64,000 nucleotides of DNA from an uncultured Verrucomicrobiota bacterium (GTDB lineage Bacteria; Verrucomicrobiota; Verrucomicrobiia; Limisphaerales; J093): NCBI GenBank assembly GCA_964601985.1, contig CAZRPT010000073.1, forward strand, positions 390-64,389, written 5' to 3'. Below the pieces are notes generated by a model. The model ran no database searches. It was not told the origin of the DNA and saw only the letters and a program-made list of their open reading frames with translations. Below are positions 1 through 9,264 of the stretch, one piece after another; the first letter of the stretch is position 1; each line of letters begins with the position of its first letter. The position numbers and the translations under genes were made by a program.

Positions 1-3000
1 GCGTCTCCAAGGGAACCCACGTTTGCAGGTCCGCGGAGGCTTCCAAGGTGTAGGTGGCTTGCACCTCGCCGTAGAGTTCGAGCTGAAATTGCCCCAGCCC
101 GTTGAATCCCACCGGCGACAAGGTCAGCGGCGCGGAGACGCGGGTGAGGTAGGCGTTGACGTTGTCCAACCCCCACTCGGCGGGCACGGTGACGCCCCGC
201 GGGAGGGCGTCGGCCAGCCGCACGTTCACCGCGCCCGGGGCGGGCGTGAAGAGGCCCTCGCCGCTGAAGTTCACCACCAGGGAATCCGCCGTGTGGGAGA
301 ACACGAACAACAGGTGGTAGATCGCGTCGCCGCCGGGAAAGCCGAGGGTGTCGTTGGCCGCGGCGTCGGCACGCGGCGGGTGGTGTCCTCCGGGATAGCC
401 GCCCGGATAGGCCTGGCCGGGCCCGGGATCATCCGGCGAGCCGTTGTGAAAGGTGGTCCGCAGCAGCGTCAATCCGCCGGCCAGGTCCATTTGAAAAAGG
501 CTGGGCGCGTCGGGATCGTTGCCCACCCAGGGACCGGCCACGACGAGGTCGCATTCGATCGCCGCCAGTGTGTGCGGCGGAAGGTCGTCCAGCCGGAACG
601 TGACCTGCTGATTGCCGAACGTGCCCAGGAGGGGATCGTTGCCCGCGGGGGTGCGGGTGATTTGGTCCGCCGACCACGCGGAGCCCGCGCCGTCGCTGAA
701 GTCGTTCTGGTAGATGCGGTCGCCCAGGTTGACGTCGCTGCCCGGAATCACGGTCAAGTCCTCCAGCACCGGCGTGATGCCGGGCTGGAAGCTTTGCAAC
801 TGGACCTCGATTTCGAGGTAGCGGCCGGGGGGCGTGGAACGCAGCGGCAGGTCGTTGAAGGCCACCTCCCAAGCGGACCAGCTCTCCTGGTCGTTCGAGC
901 TGCGCACGCGGACCTTGAGGGCCGTGTCCTCGGGTTCCCGTCCGGTCCAGCGGATCCGTTCCCACGGCACGTTCCGGAAGCCGGAGTCGTGGCGCATCGT
1001 CCAGATGCCCAGGCGGGTGGTGGCATTGCGGACAATTCGTCCGGTCATGTCGCTGTAACCGTAATGGGTGGTACCTGTCAGTCGCTTGCTGAGGTCAATC
1101 GTGTCGGTCAGGGGATTGATGCGGTGGATGTATTCGTCACCATTATTGACCACCCACACCTTGCCGGCCTGGTCCACCGCCACGCCGGTGGGCACTTTGC
1201 CCACCGCGATGGTGTCCTTGACGGTTCCGTCCGGCGCGAAGCGGGTCACCGTGCCGGGGCCGGAATCCGCCGTCCAGATGTCGCCGTCATCGGTGACGGC
1301 CACGCCCCGGGACTGATATTTGCCCGGGACGGTCCACTCGACGGTTTCCGTGGCGAGATCCAGCCGGCTGAGCTTGCTGTCCTGCCAGCCCGAGACGTAA
1401 AGCTTGCCGCGATCGCTGAGGTCCAGCCCCAGGCCGTAAACGAAATGAGGAAACCCAACGACCCGGAAGGAATCGTCCGCCGGGTCCAGCCGCAGCACGT
1501 GCCGCTTGTTCTGTCCGGAGGACCACACGATGCCGGAGCGGTCAATGACCGCCCCGTAGGAGGTGTGGTTGACGGAGGAAACGTCAATCACCTTCATGAT
1601 CTGGCCGGAGCCGCCGTCAATGTAATAGAAGGTCTTGGTGCCGTAGGTGCCCAGCCAGAGGTTGTTGAGCACGTCCACCGCCAATCCCCGCGGGCCGGGG
1701 CTCCAGTAGTCGTTGGCGTAGGGGGTGTTGGGATCGCCGGGGATGTGGGTGCCGGCCATCAGGCCCCGCCGGACGGGATCCTGAAGGTTGACCTTGTAGG
1801 TGACATCGCCACCGTAGGGGGTGTGGGGATCGCCCGGCGTGTGCAACCCCTCGTGTCCCGGCAGCACCGAGATTTCGTACAAGACGCATTCGTCCTCGCC
1901 CCAGGGAAGCAATTCCGTGCCGGTGATGTCGCCGTCGCCGTTGAGGTCCATCGAGGTTTCAATGATGCCGTTGCCGTTGCGGTCAATGAACTGGCCGTTG
2001 AAGCGCAGGCCGATCTTGATCACCGTGGCGGTGACGCGGTTGGCCACCCAGCAGTTGCCCAGCAGGTCCACGGTGGTGCGGGAGGGATTGCCCTTCCCCT
2101 GGGGGCCGGTGCGGTAGCGGCCCAGCTCGCGCCCGGTGCGGGTGTCCACGAGGGAGACGGTGCCCTCGTTCGAGTTGGGGACCCAGAGGAACGGGAGGGC
2201 ATTGGGCTGGGGCTCGAGTTGCAGTTGATCCAGCGCGCTCCGCGCCTCGACCCCCACCATGCGGCCCAGCTCGAAATCGCCGGTGGTGGTGAAGGTGCGC
2301 GCCGCGGGCGCCGCGGGCGGAAGGTTCGCGGTCAAGACGGCCTTGACGGCGTCCGCTTCCCGGGTGTCGGCGCTCCGGGCGGTCAGCAACGCCTCCACCC
2401 GCGCTCCCGGGCCGATGCCGGGATCCAACGTCACCTCAATGCGCAGGGGAAACAAACCGCCCGGCGCGAGAAACGGCGAAACCCAGCCGTCCTGCGTGGC
2501 GGCGTCGGTGATGTCGAGGCTTTCCGCCGCGTCCAACCGATACCGCCAAGTCACGCCGCCTTGCAGGCTGCCGTCGCGACCGTTGCCGCTCCGGTCCTCC
2601 ACGAGCGAGCCGCTGCCCTCGTTCAACGGCCAGTAGCCGAGCAGTCCCTCCGCGTCTCCGGGCGGCGGCGCGTGCATCAAATCCCGCACTTCCACCGCGC
2701 TCAACGGGCGGTTCCAGACGCGGACCTCGCGGATCAGGCCGGGGAAATTGTTGCCGTTGCAGCAGGCCTCGCCGCCGATGCGCACCTGCTCATAGCCCAC
2801 GTAGTCCGTCTGCACCGGCGCGCTCAACACCGCCTCGCCGTCCACGTACAGCGTGGCGGTTTCGCCGTCGCAGGCGACCGCCAGGTGGTACCACCGCCCG
2901 ATCTCGGCGGACGCCTCGACCCTGGGGCTGCGCGCACACCCGCCGGGCGGCTTCAAATTGATGCCCCACCTGCCGTCGTGGAGCACCACCCCCCAGTCCC

Positions 3001-4552
3001 GGCAATCGCCCATGCCGCCGATCACGGTGTGCCGTCCTCCCGGCAACGCCGAGGGATTCGCCCACGCCTCGACCGTCCACCGGCTGCCCGGCGGGCATTC
3101 CCCCACGTTGACCATCCCGCTGACACCGTCGAACCGCAACTGCCCCACGGGCGCCAGATAACGAACCGCGGCATTCGGCGGCGCGGGCGTTCCCGTGAGG
3201 ACAAACTTGCCGGCGGCGTTGCCGACATTTTCCAAAAACACCTCATACACCGCCACGCCCCCCGGCGGCAGCGACTGGAAACGGGTCTGCGCCACGGCGT
3301 CCAGATTGAAGACGCGTTCGCCGGCATAGTTCCAATCGCCCTCGTTGGCGATCATCAGATCGGAACGCATCTTCAACGCCACATGCGTCACGGCCCGCAC
3401 CACATCCTCGGTGGCAAGAAGCCCCCCTGAGGTGACCCGCACCTCGGTGGAAACGGAGGAGCCCCCGGGCGCGGAAGGCAGCGCCGTGACAAACACGGTG
3501 ATGATTTCGCCCTCACCGGCCGGCAGCACTCCGGTCCGGTAACCCTCCACGCCGCGCACGGCCTCGGTGATGTCCGTGGCCGCTTCACCGGCCCCGACTT
3601 GATAACGGATGCGCCAGCCGCTTTCCCCGCTCTCGGCGGCCCGCACCGTCAACGACTGGGAAGACTCGGACGCGTCATTCTCCACCTTGACCTGAAAGAC
3701 GGCGGTTTCCGTGTTGGCCACCGTCTGCTCGACCACCTGATTCCCCTCCGGCGTGTCCTGATACTCGTTGTCCCCCTGGAAGGGACGAACCTCCTCCGTG
3801 CCCGCCCGGATCAAGGCATCCGCGGGCAGGGACTTCACCTCGCTCATCGGCACCAACGTAAACCAGTCGAAATCGCCGTTGAACTTGGTGAACCGCAGCG
3901 TCACCGGGCCGCCGGGCAGCTCGAACACCTGCAAACTGCCGTCCGCGTTGCGCGCCGGTTGCAGCCCGTTGTTGCCCCAGCCGCCCGGCGCCGGCCCGCG
4001 CGCGCTGGCCAGGGGCACGACCGTCTGCTCCTCGCTGCCCGCGCCTTCGGTGACCCGGGCCAGATCACCGCCCACGACGGCCCCTTTGCTCCCGTGGGAA
4101 CAAGCCGACACCAGGGTGTATTCACCCGCCGGGATTTCACGGGTGTAATTGTACCACTCCCCTCCGCCGGTCCAGCCGACCTTGTAATTCACCGTCACCA
4201 CGAAACCGGGCCGCTCCTTCCCCAGCGCGCCATTGAGGTTGTCGTTCATCGGCACGTTCGGCTCCTCCCCTTCCCGGTAGAGATCCGATGCGCTGTCTCC
4301 GTCGTGATAATCCACCTCGGCCACCGCGCCCAATCCCTGATACTCGTCGCCGGTATAGGGCATGGTGTTGACCTCGGACACCGATTTGCCCCCGTCATAG
4401 TCGAAGTGTTCCGCTTCAATGGTGAAACTGGTCGCCGGCAGATCACCCAGCTCCACGGCCGAAAGCGGCGAGGCAAACCACCCCAGCGCCATCCCCGCGA
4501 TCAGAACCGAAAAACCCACCGGGATTCCCTGCTGTTGTTTGGATGTTTTCAT
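1..4552 (-). CDS. Large secreted multidomain lectin-like protein (signal peptide, CBM6/35-like module, LamG/concanavalin-like domain, Ca-binding loop, beta-propeller repeats); 3' end runs off the window
   Basis: Absent from the ORF track because no stop lies inside the window. The minus-strand frame is stop-free from ATG 4552-4550 down to nt 2 (about 1517 codons, hand translation). N-terminus MKTSKQQQGIPVGFSVLIAGMALGWFASPLSAVELGD (signal peptide). FTIEAEHFDYDGG...GEYTLVSAC...GDFDWFTLVP (CBM6/35-like). LRFDGVSGMVNVG...WYHLAVACDGETATLYVDGE...FPGLIREVRVWNRPLSAVEV (LamG_3-like, about nt 2678-3145). DRNGNGIIETSMDLNGDGDITG (Ca-binding loop). Repeated blades SRGVAVTDDGDIWTAD / VPTGVAVDQAGKVWVVN (about nt 1100-1700). 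Last residues ...YTLEASADLQTWVPLET at the window edge. Confidence 0.8.
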   Translation of the reverse strand, partial: MKTSKQQQGIPVGFSVLIAGMALGWFASPLSAVELGDLPATSFTIEAEHFDYDGGKSVSEVNTMPYTGDEYQGLGAVAEVDYHDGDSASDLYREGEEPNVPMNDNLNGALGKERPGFVVTVNYKVGWTGGGEWYNYTREIPAGEYTLVSACSHGSKGAVVGGDLARVTEGAGSEEQTVVPLASARGPAPGGWGNNGLQPARNADGSLQVFELPGGPVTLRFTKFNGDFDWFTLVPMSEVKSLPADALIRAGTEEVRPFQGDNEYQDTPEGNQVVEQTVANTETAVFQVKVENDASESSQSLTVRAAESGESGWRIRYQVGAGEAATDITEAVRGVEGYRTGVLPAGEGEIITVFVTALPSAPGGSSVSTEVRVTSGGLLATEDVVRAVTHVALKMRSDLMIANEGDWNYAGERVFNLDAVAQTRFQSLPPGGVAVYEVFLENVGNAAGKFVLTGTPAPPNAAVRYLAPVGQLRFDGVSGMVNVGECPPGSRWTVEAWANPSALPGGRHTVIGGMGDCRDWGVVLHDGRWGINLKPPGGCARSPRVEASAEIGRWYHLAVACDGETATLYVDGEAVLSAPVQTDYVGYEQVRIGGEACCNGNNFPGLIREVRVWNRPLSAVEVRDLMHAPPPGDAEGLLGYWPLNEGSGSLVEDRSGNGRDGSLQGGVTWRYRLDAAESLDITDAATQDGWVSPFLAPGGLFPLRIEVTLDPGIGPGARVEALLTARSADTREADAVKAVLTANLPPAAPAARTFTTTGDFELGRMVGVEARSALDQLQLEPQPNALPFLWVPNSNEGTVSLVDTRTGRELGRYRTGPQGKGNPSRTTVDLLGNCWVANRVTATVIKIGLRFNGQFIDRNGNGIIETSMDLNGDGDITGTELLPWGEDECVLYEISVLPGHEGLHTPGDPHTPYGGDVTYKVNLQDPVRRGLMAGTHIPGDPNTPYANDYWSPGPRGLAVDVLNNLWLGTYGTKTFYYIDGGSGQIMKVIDVSSVNHTSYGAVIDRSGIVWSSGQNKRHVLRLDPADDSFRVVGFPHFVYGLGLDLSDRGKLYVSGWQDSKLSRLDLATETVEWTVPGKYQSRGVAVTDDGDIWTADSGPGTVTRFAPDGTVKDTIAVGKVPTGVAVDQAGKVWVVNNGDEYIHRINPLTDTIDLSKRLTGTTHYGYSDMTGRIVRNATTRLGIWTMRHDSGFRNVPWERIRWTGREPEDTALKVRVRSSNDQESWSAWEVAFNDLPLRSTPPGRYLEIEVQLQSFQPGITPVLEDLTVIPGSDVNLGDRIYQNDFSDGAGSAWSADQITRTPAGNDPLLGTFGNQQVTFRLDDLPPHTLAAIECDLVVAGPWVGNDPDAPSLFQMDLAGGLTLLRTTFHNGSPDDPGPGQAYPGGYPGGHHPPRADAAANDTLGFPGGDAIYHLLFVFSHTADSLVVNFSGEGLFTPAPGAVNVRLADALPRGVTVPAEWGLDNVNAYLTRVSAPLTLSPVGFNGLGQFQLELYGEVQATYTLEASADLQTWVPLET

Positions 4553-4752
4553 GACACAAACTTTCTCGTCTCCGGCGACTCCCCTTTCCCTCCGCGCGCC
4601 AACCGCCCTCCGCGCCGCGTTTCCTTCATCACCGCCGCCGCCGGCGCTTCAGGGGGAAAAGATGGACTTGCTATGACCGGCACCAGACAGCACCCCACCC
4701 TCCCCGTCAAGAAGAAAGCGCCCCGACGCCGCGCTCCACACCGCGAAAAAAC

Positions 4753-4768
4753 GAATCCCGAATTCCGA
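4753..4768 (-). repeat. Copy of the short T-rich 'TTCGGA/CGGGATTC' repeat (plus strand GAATCCCGAATTCCGA)
   Basis: 15/16 identical to GAATCCCGAAATCCGA at 56841-56856. Lies in the spacer downstream of the minus-strand GlcF-like gene, inside an A/T-rich patch (4743-4780). Confidence 0.5.
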
Positions 4769-4983
4769 AAAAATCGCGCTCCCTCCCGGAGCCACCGGGA
4801 TGACAAGGCAGAGTCCCCTCCCCTCGCGACGCGGGCTGGCAGCGTGACGTTTCGCGGCGTGGCACATCGCGAAACAACCCATTCTCCCCGCAACCGCCGA
4901 GGTCCGGAGGCGGCGGACCTCGCCGGCCGGGGGCGGCCGGCTCGCCGGCGAAAACGGCCGGCGGCAACCGCCGCGACCGTCGG

Positions 4984-6297
4984 TCATGGGGTTCCGTCCC
5001 CCGTTTCCTGGCGGTAGGCCTCGGCGAGGAGGGTCATGGGGTGGACCACCCGCACGGAGCTGCCGACGGCCTTCAGGCCGTTGACCAGTTGCAACTGACA
5101 GCCGGTGTTGCCGGTGGCCACGATGGGGGCGCCGGTTTTCTGGATGTTTTCGATTTTGCGGTCCAGGAGCCGGTTGGCCATCTCGGGCTGGATGAGGTTG
5201 TAAATGCCCGCGCTGCCGCAGCACCAGTTGCTCTCGGGCAGCTCGACGAGGCGCAGGTGGGGGATGGCCCGCAACAGCTCGCGCGGCTCGTTCACGATGC
5301 CCTGGCCGTGACTGAGGTGGCAGGATTCGTGATAGGTCACCACCAGTTCCGGCGCGCCGTTGGTCCTCGGGGGACGCAGGCCGATCTCCGCCAGCCACTC
5401 GTGCACGTCCTTCACCTTGCGATCCCACAACTCCGCCCGCTCCCGCCATTCCGGGTCGTCCTCCAGCAGCCGCCCGTAATGCTTGAGATGCGAGCCGCAA
5501 CCGCCGGCGTTGGTGATGATGGCGTCGAACTGGTCGGGCGGAAATTGGGCGAGATTCTTCCGGGCCAGATCGCGGGCCAGCTCCAGCTCGCCGTTGTGGG
5601 CGTGCAGCGAGCCGCAACATTGCTGCTGGGCGGGGGTGAACACCTCGCAGCCGTTGGCCGCCAGCACCTCGACGGTGTCGCGGTTGACTTCGCTGAAGAT
5701 GAGGTCCTGCGCGCAACCGGTGAGCATGGCCACCCGGAACCGCCGCCCGCCCTTGGCGGGGGTGACTTCCGGGATGAGCTGGGCGGAGAATTTTTTGGGG
5801 ATGTCGGGCGTGAGCGATTCGAGCTCGCCGAGCCGTTTGGGAAACAGCTTCAAAATCCTGCTGGCCCGCAGCAGCCGTTGCAACCCGAGAGCCTGATACC
5901 AGCGCATCAAGCGCCCCAGGAACAGCAGTCGGCGCAAATCCATGAAGAGCCACTTCACGGTGAACCAGCGGATGAGACGCCGCTTGGGGGTGTTCAGCAC
6001 CCCCGTCCGCTCCACCTCCGCCCGGGCGCGCTCGAACAGCTCGGCGTAATTCACCCCCGCCGGACAGGCGCTGGTGCAGGCCAGACAGCCCAGGCAGAAA
6101 TACATCTCCTCGGCGAACACGCGGGTCGGTTCCAACCGTTGATCGGCGATGGCCCGCATGAGCGAGATGCGTCCCCGGGGGCTGTGACGCTCCAGTTTGG
6201 TGAAGTCGTAGGTCGGGCAGGTCGGCAGACACAGACCGCAGTGCATGCACTGCTGGACCACCGAATAATCAAGGTTGGCGAGATAGCTGGCGTTCAT
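4984..6297 (-). CDS. GlcF-type Fe-S oxidoreductase subunit (two 4Fe-4S ferredoxin motifs plus two CCG cysteine-rich domains)
   Basis: ORF 4984..6306. CMHCGLCLPTCPTY and CLGCLACTSACPAG cluster motifs. QQCCGS and NWCCGSAG CCG motifs. The track start at 6306 is TTG; the first ATG is at 6297 (MNASYLANLDY...). No glcD/glcE neighbour. Confidence 0.8.
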   Translation of the reverse strand: MNASYLANLDYSVVQQCMHCGLCLPTCPTYDFTKLERHSPRGRISLMRAIADQRLEPTRVFAEEMYFCLGCLACTSACPAGVNYAELFERARAEVERTGVLNTPKRRLIRWFTVKWLFMDLRRLLFLGRLMRWYQALGLQRLLRASRILKLFPKRLGELESLTPDIPKKFSAQLIPEVTPAKGGRRFRVAMLTGCAQDLIFSEVNRDTVEVLAANGCEVFTPAQQQCCGSLHAHNGELELARDLARKNLAQFPPDQFDAIITNAGGCGSHLKHYGRLLEDDPEWRERAELWDRKVKDVHEWLAEIGLRPPRTNGAPELVVTYHESCHLSHGQGIVNEPRELLRAIPHLRLVELPESNWCCGSAGIYNLIQPEMANRLLDRKIENIQKTGAPIVATGNTGCQLQLVNGLKAVGSSVRVVHPMTLLAEAYRQETGDGTP

Positions 6298-6348
6298 GGA
6301 CCCCAAAACCGTCCGGGCGCGGCAACAACCGCCCTTCGTCGCGTCCGG

Positions 6349-8037
6349 TCAGTCTCCAGTTGGCCCCAAACCGGGGCCGTCTGTCAACCGCGCGCCCCGG
6401 CGGCTTCCGCTTCTCCGGTCCGCCCGCGGACGCGGATGGGGGAGACGCTGCTCTGCTTCCGGCCTGGACCCGGAAGAAGACGCCGGGAGGCGCCAGATCA
6501 AGTCGCCCACGGTGTCCGGTTGCCGGGCCTGGCGCGGCGTGCCGTCGTCGTCCCGCAAATTGGAGCCGACCGAGTAAAGGAGACAGGCATCGGGGGCGGA
6601 GCGACGATAGCGCAGGGGGTGGTCGTCGAAGGGATCATGCATCCAGCGGGGCAGGTCGCCGGAGGTCAGCGCCTCGAGGCTTTCCGGATAAGCGCCGGTT
6701 TTCTGGAAGCGCTGTTCGAGGGCGCGGGCGGTGAGCGCCAGATGCGATCCCGCCTGGGTGGCAACGGCTCGTCGGAATACGGTTTTCAAGGCGGGCGCCA
6801 TCAGTTTGGCGAAAAAATTGTACGGCGTGATTCGCCCTTCCCGGGCGTGTTGGTTGATGGCTTCCAGGGCCGCCCAATCCACCTGAAACCGGTTGGTATC
6901 TCCCACCTCGCCCAACTCGCGGTAAAACCGGCTGAGCCGGACCATGTTTTGCCGAATCCAGCCATCCGGTATGAAACCGTAAAGGCTCTCAGGAGTCGTT
7001 GCCGTGAGGGAAAAGAATGCCGCCACGGAAAGACGGCCCTCGCACATTTGTTCCAGCGTGTTGACCGCGCCGATCCGTTCGCCCCGGATGCCCCAGACGA
7101 AATCGCTCAGGAAATTGTCGGACGCCAGCGCGGCGCGAATTCGCTCCAAATCCCGCGGGGACCAGCGATGCTCCGTCATGCCTTCCCAGACCAGTTGCAG
7201 CAGTCCCTGATGCAGGGCAGCCCGCACCAACTGGCTGATCAGCAACGGCTCGTCGTGGAGGGCGGTCCGCAGTTTGAAGAGCACCTCCAGATCGGCCAGC
7301 GCGGCGGCGGTGTTGCCCCGGCGCAATTCCGCCACGCCGTGGAGCGTGAACAACCGACCGTAATCGTGCAACACCTCCAAGTGCGGCAACAGCGCGGTAA
7401 AGTTTTCCTCGTAATGCACGGGAAACCGGGCGCAGGGGCGCCGGCAGGCCCGGCGGATGGCCGCCATCCGGGGCGCGTAAAGTTGCAGCGCGGCCAGCAC
7501 CTGTTCCGCCGGCGCGGCGCCCTTCGGAGCGGCGGGGAACCGCACCTTGACCTGCTTGGGCAGCTTGGGCTGATGAAAATGCCGGGCCCAGGCCGACAGG
7601 TCCACCCGCTGTCCCCGAAACCAGACCACCAGCTCCGGGAGTTTTCCGTATCCCGGCGGCGCCAGCTCGACTTTCGCTTTCTTCAATGCCTCTTCCCATG
7701 AACCTTCGGCATGGGCGGGGGGGGCAAACCTGGAAGGCAAAGGAGGCAACCGGTAATCCAGCAACCCTTTGAACGGTGGGGCGAAGGCCAGGTTTTCCGC
7801 TTCGGGCGGCATCGGCGGCACGATTTCCGCCCACGTCAGGGGTTCGCCGTTTTGTTTGAGCCGGGCCACTTCCTGCCGCCAGGCGCGCCAGCCCCGAAAA
7901 TCCTCGATCGCGTAAAACAGCGCGGTGGCGGTGACCAGAAAGGCCAGGGTCCACAAGAAGTGACGCAGCCAGCGCCGACGGCGCGAAGAAGCGCCTGCGG
8001 GAGACGGAGAAGCGGGTGTTTCAGGAACGGAGTTCAT
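6349..8037 (-). CDS. Membrane-anchored hypothetical protein (one N-terminal TM helix, large helical extracytoplasmic domain)
   Basis: ORF 562 aa. RRRRWLRHFLWTLAFLVTATALFYAI TM segment. No family recognised. C-terminal ...LLYSVGSNLRDDDGTP motif followed by a low-complexity tail. Lies 19 nt downstream of the putative anti-sigma gene. Confidence 0.6.
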   Translation of the reverse strand: MNSVPETPASPSPAGASSRRRRWLRHFLWTLAFLVTATALFYAIEDFRGWRAWRQEVARLKQNGEPLTWAEIVPPMPPEAENLAFAPPFKGLLDYRLPPLPSRFAPPAHAEGSWEEALKKAKVELAPPGYGKLPELVVWFRGQRVDLSAWARHFHQPKLPKQVKVRFPAAPKGAAPAEQVLAALQLYAPRMAAIRRACRRPCARFPVHYEENFTALLPHLEVLHDYGRLFTLHGVAELRRGNTAAALADLEVLFKLRTALHDEPLLISQLVRAALHQGLLQLVWEGMTEHRWSPRDLERIRAALASDNFLSDFVWGIRGERIGAVNTLEQMCEGRLSVAAFFSLTATTPESLYGFIPDGWIRQNMVRLSRFYRELGEVGDTNRFQVDWAALEAINQHAREGRITPYNFFAKLMAPALKTVFRRAVATQAGSHLALTARALEQRFQKTGAYPESLEALTSGDLPRWMHDPFDDHPLRYRRSAPDACLLYSVGSNLRDDDGTPRQARQPDTVGDLIWRLPASSSGSRPEAEQRLPHPRPRADRRSGSRRGARLTDGPGLGPTGD

Positions 8038-8056
8038 GGCATTCAGGGAGTTGAGT

Positions 8057-8521
8057 TCAGGCCAAAAAGGCGCGGGGAGTCACTCGAAGTTCGGAACGAT
8101 CCCGCGGTCGGTCGGCTTCGGAAGCGGGCCGGTCGGACGGAGCGGACGCCGCCGGGCGCAGGCCCAGCAAATCCGCGCGCAGCCGTTGCCGGGCGGCCAG
8201 CTCCGCGCGCCAGACGGGCGACAGGGCCCGGACCGGCGGCGCAACCGTCGGCGTCGCAAACACGGGCGCGGGCGCCAGATAGAGCGGCAGGCGCAACGCC
8301 AAAACAAGCAGCCAGGCCACCCCCAGCCCGACCCACGCCGGGCGGACGGGGCTCATTCGCTCGCGGAGCGCCGTGCGCCACCGCGCGAGCCCGGAGGCGG
8401 CCTTCGTCCGCCGGGACGCCGCGTCACGCCGCAACGCGGCCACCTGCCGGTGGCGGATCGCGTCCAACCGGGGCAGCGCCGCGCGATGCCGCGCCAAAAT
8501 CAATTCACGGGGCGTTTTCAT
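8057..8521 (-). CDS. Putative anti-sigma factor (small single-pass membrane protein)
   Basis: 154 aa. ATG 8521 overlaps the sigma-factor stop by 17 nt. Cytoplasmic helical N-terminus, then TM PAWVGLGVAWLLVLALRLPLYL. The call rests on position only; there is no zinc-finger anti-sigma motif. Confidence 0.45.
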   Translation of the reverse strand: MKTPRELILARHRAALPRLDAIRHRQVAALRRDAASRRTKAASGLARWRTALRERMSPVRPAWVGLGVAWLLVLALRLPLYLAPAPVFATPTVAPPVRALSPVWRAELAARQRLRADLLGLRPAASAPSDRPASEADRPRDRSELRVTPRAFLA

Positions 8522-9086
8522 GACAGGGAGCTTGCAGCAATGTCTTCAATGCCTTGCGCGCGTAATGCAACCGGCTCTTGACCGTGCCCACCGGCGCGCC
8601 GGTGACGCGGCCGATTTCCTCCAGCGAAAACCCTTCGAGAAAATGCAGCAGCACCACGGCGCGATGCTCCGGCGTCAGCTCCGCGAGGGCGCGGTAAAAC
8701 TGCTCCCGCGCCTCCTTGCGGATCAGCCATTCGTCCGGGGCGGGATCGGTTTCGTCCGCGCACGACGCTTCGCGGTCCTCCGCGTCGAGCGATTCCCACG
8801 CCCTCGCGGGACGCTGTTTGCGCCAGTGCTGACGGCACTTTTGGTGGGCAATGCCAAAGAGCCACGCGCCGAACCGTTCCGGGTCCCGCAACGAGCCGAT
8901 GTGCCGCGTCGCCTGGGCGAAGGTCTCCTGCACGAGGTCCAGGCTGGTCTGTTCGTCGTGCAACAGCTCTTGCAGCCAGGCGAACAGCGGAAGCTGGTAC
9001 CGCCGGAAAAGCGCGTCCCACGCTTCGGGATCACCCGCCCGGGCTCGCTCCACGGGCAGCAGTTCATGGCCGGTCGCTTCGCGCAT
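8505..9086 (-). CDS. ECF-type RNA polymerase sigma-70 family factor
   Basis: Region 2 (DLVQETFAQATRHIGSLRDPERFGAWLFGIAHQKCRQHWRK) and region 4 (LTPEHRAVVLLHFLEGFSLEEIGRVTGAPVGTVKSRLHYARKAL). Likely start is ATG 9086 (MREATGHELL...) rather than the track start at 9191. Confidence 0.85.
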   Translation of the reverse strand: MREATGHELLPVERARAGDPEAWDALFRRYQLPLFAWLQELLHDEQTSLDLVQETFAQATRHIGSLRDPERFGAWLFGIAHQKCRQHWRKQRPARAWESLDAEDREASCADETDPAPDEWLIRKEAREQFYRALAELTPEHRAVVLLHFLEGFSLEEIGRVTGAPVGTVKSRLHYARKALKTLLQAPCHENAP

Positions 9087-9139
9087 CGTCACCCAGAGGA
9101 ATGCACGAGCCGGCGAAAGGTTCAATGCCGCCGGCAAAA

Positions 9140-9165
9140 AACGCTCCCCCCCGCCCGATGACTTC
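9140..9165 (-). promoter_or_regulatory. Candidate ECF-type autoregulatory promoter (GAAGTC-N16-CGTT on the minus strand)
   Basis: Minus strand reads ...gggtGAAGTCatcgggcgggggggagCGTTtttt, about 55 nt upstream of the sigma ATG. Resembles the GAAC-N16/17-CGT class only loosely. Confidence 0.2.
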
Positions 9166-9264
9166 ACCCGGAAAACGCGGGAAGCGCGCACCCGGATGCG
9201 CCTCCCAAGCCACGGGGTTGTTCCGGCGGACGAAAAACCGGGAAAAGCGGTTGACAGGCGGAGC

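Noticed and set aside
23-5017. Track ORFs 23..3430 (+, 1135 aa) and 3599..5017 (+, 472 aa).
   Set aside because: Their products are Arg/Gly/His/Gln/Pro-rich with no motifs. They lie antisense to a coherent, domain-rich minus-strand frame (the giant secreted protein). This is a typical stop-free antisense frame of high-GC coding DNA.
4649-7701. ORFs 4649..6250 (-, 533 aa, off-frame on the same strand as the GlcF-like gene) and 5041..7701 (+, 886 aa).
   Set aside because: They overlap well-supported genes (the GlcF-like gene and the 562-aa membrane protein) and have low-complexity Arg/Gly/Pro/Ala composition.
9251-9256. A perfect TTGACA hexamer in the sigma/TetR spacer as a sigma-70 -35 box.
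   Set aside because: No acceptable -10 hexamer lies 16-18 nt downstream (cagctt or agcttg), so I did not call it a promoter.
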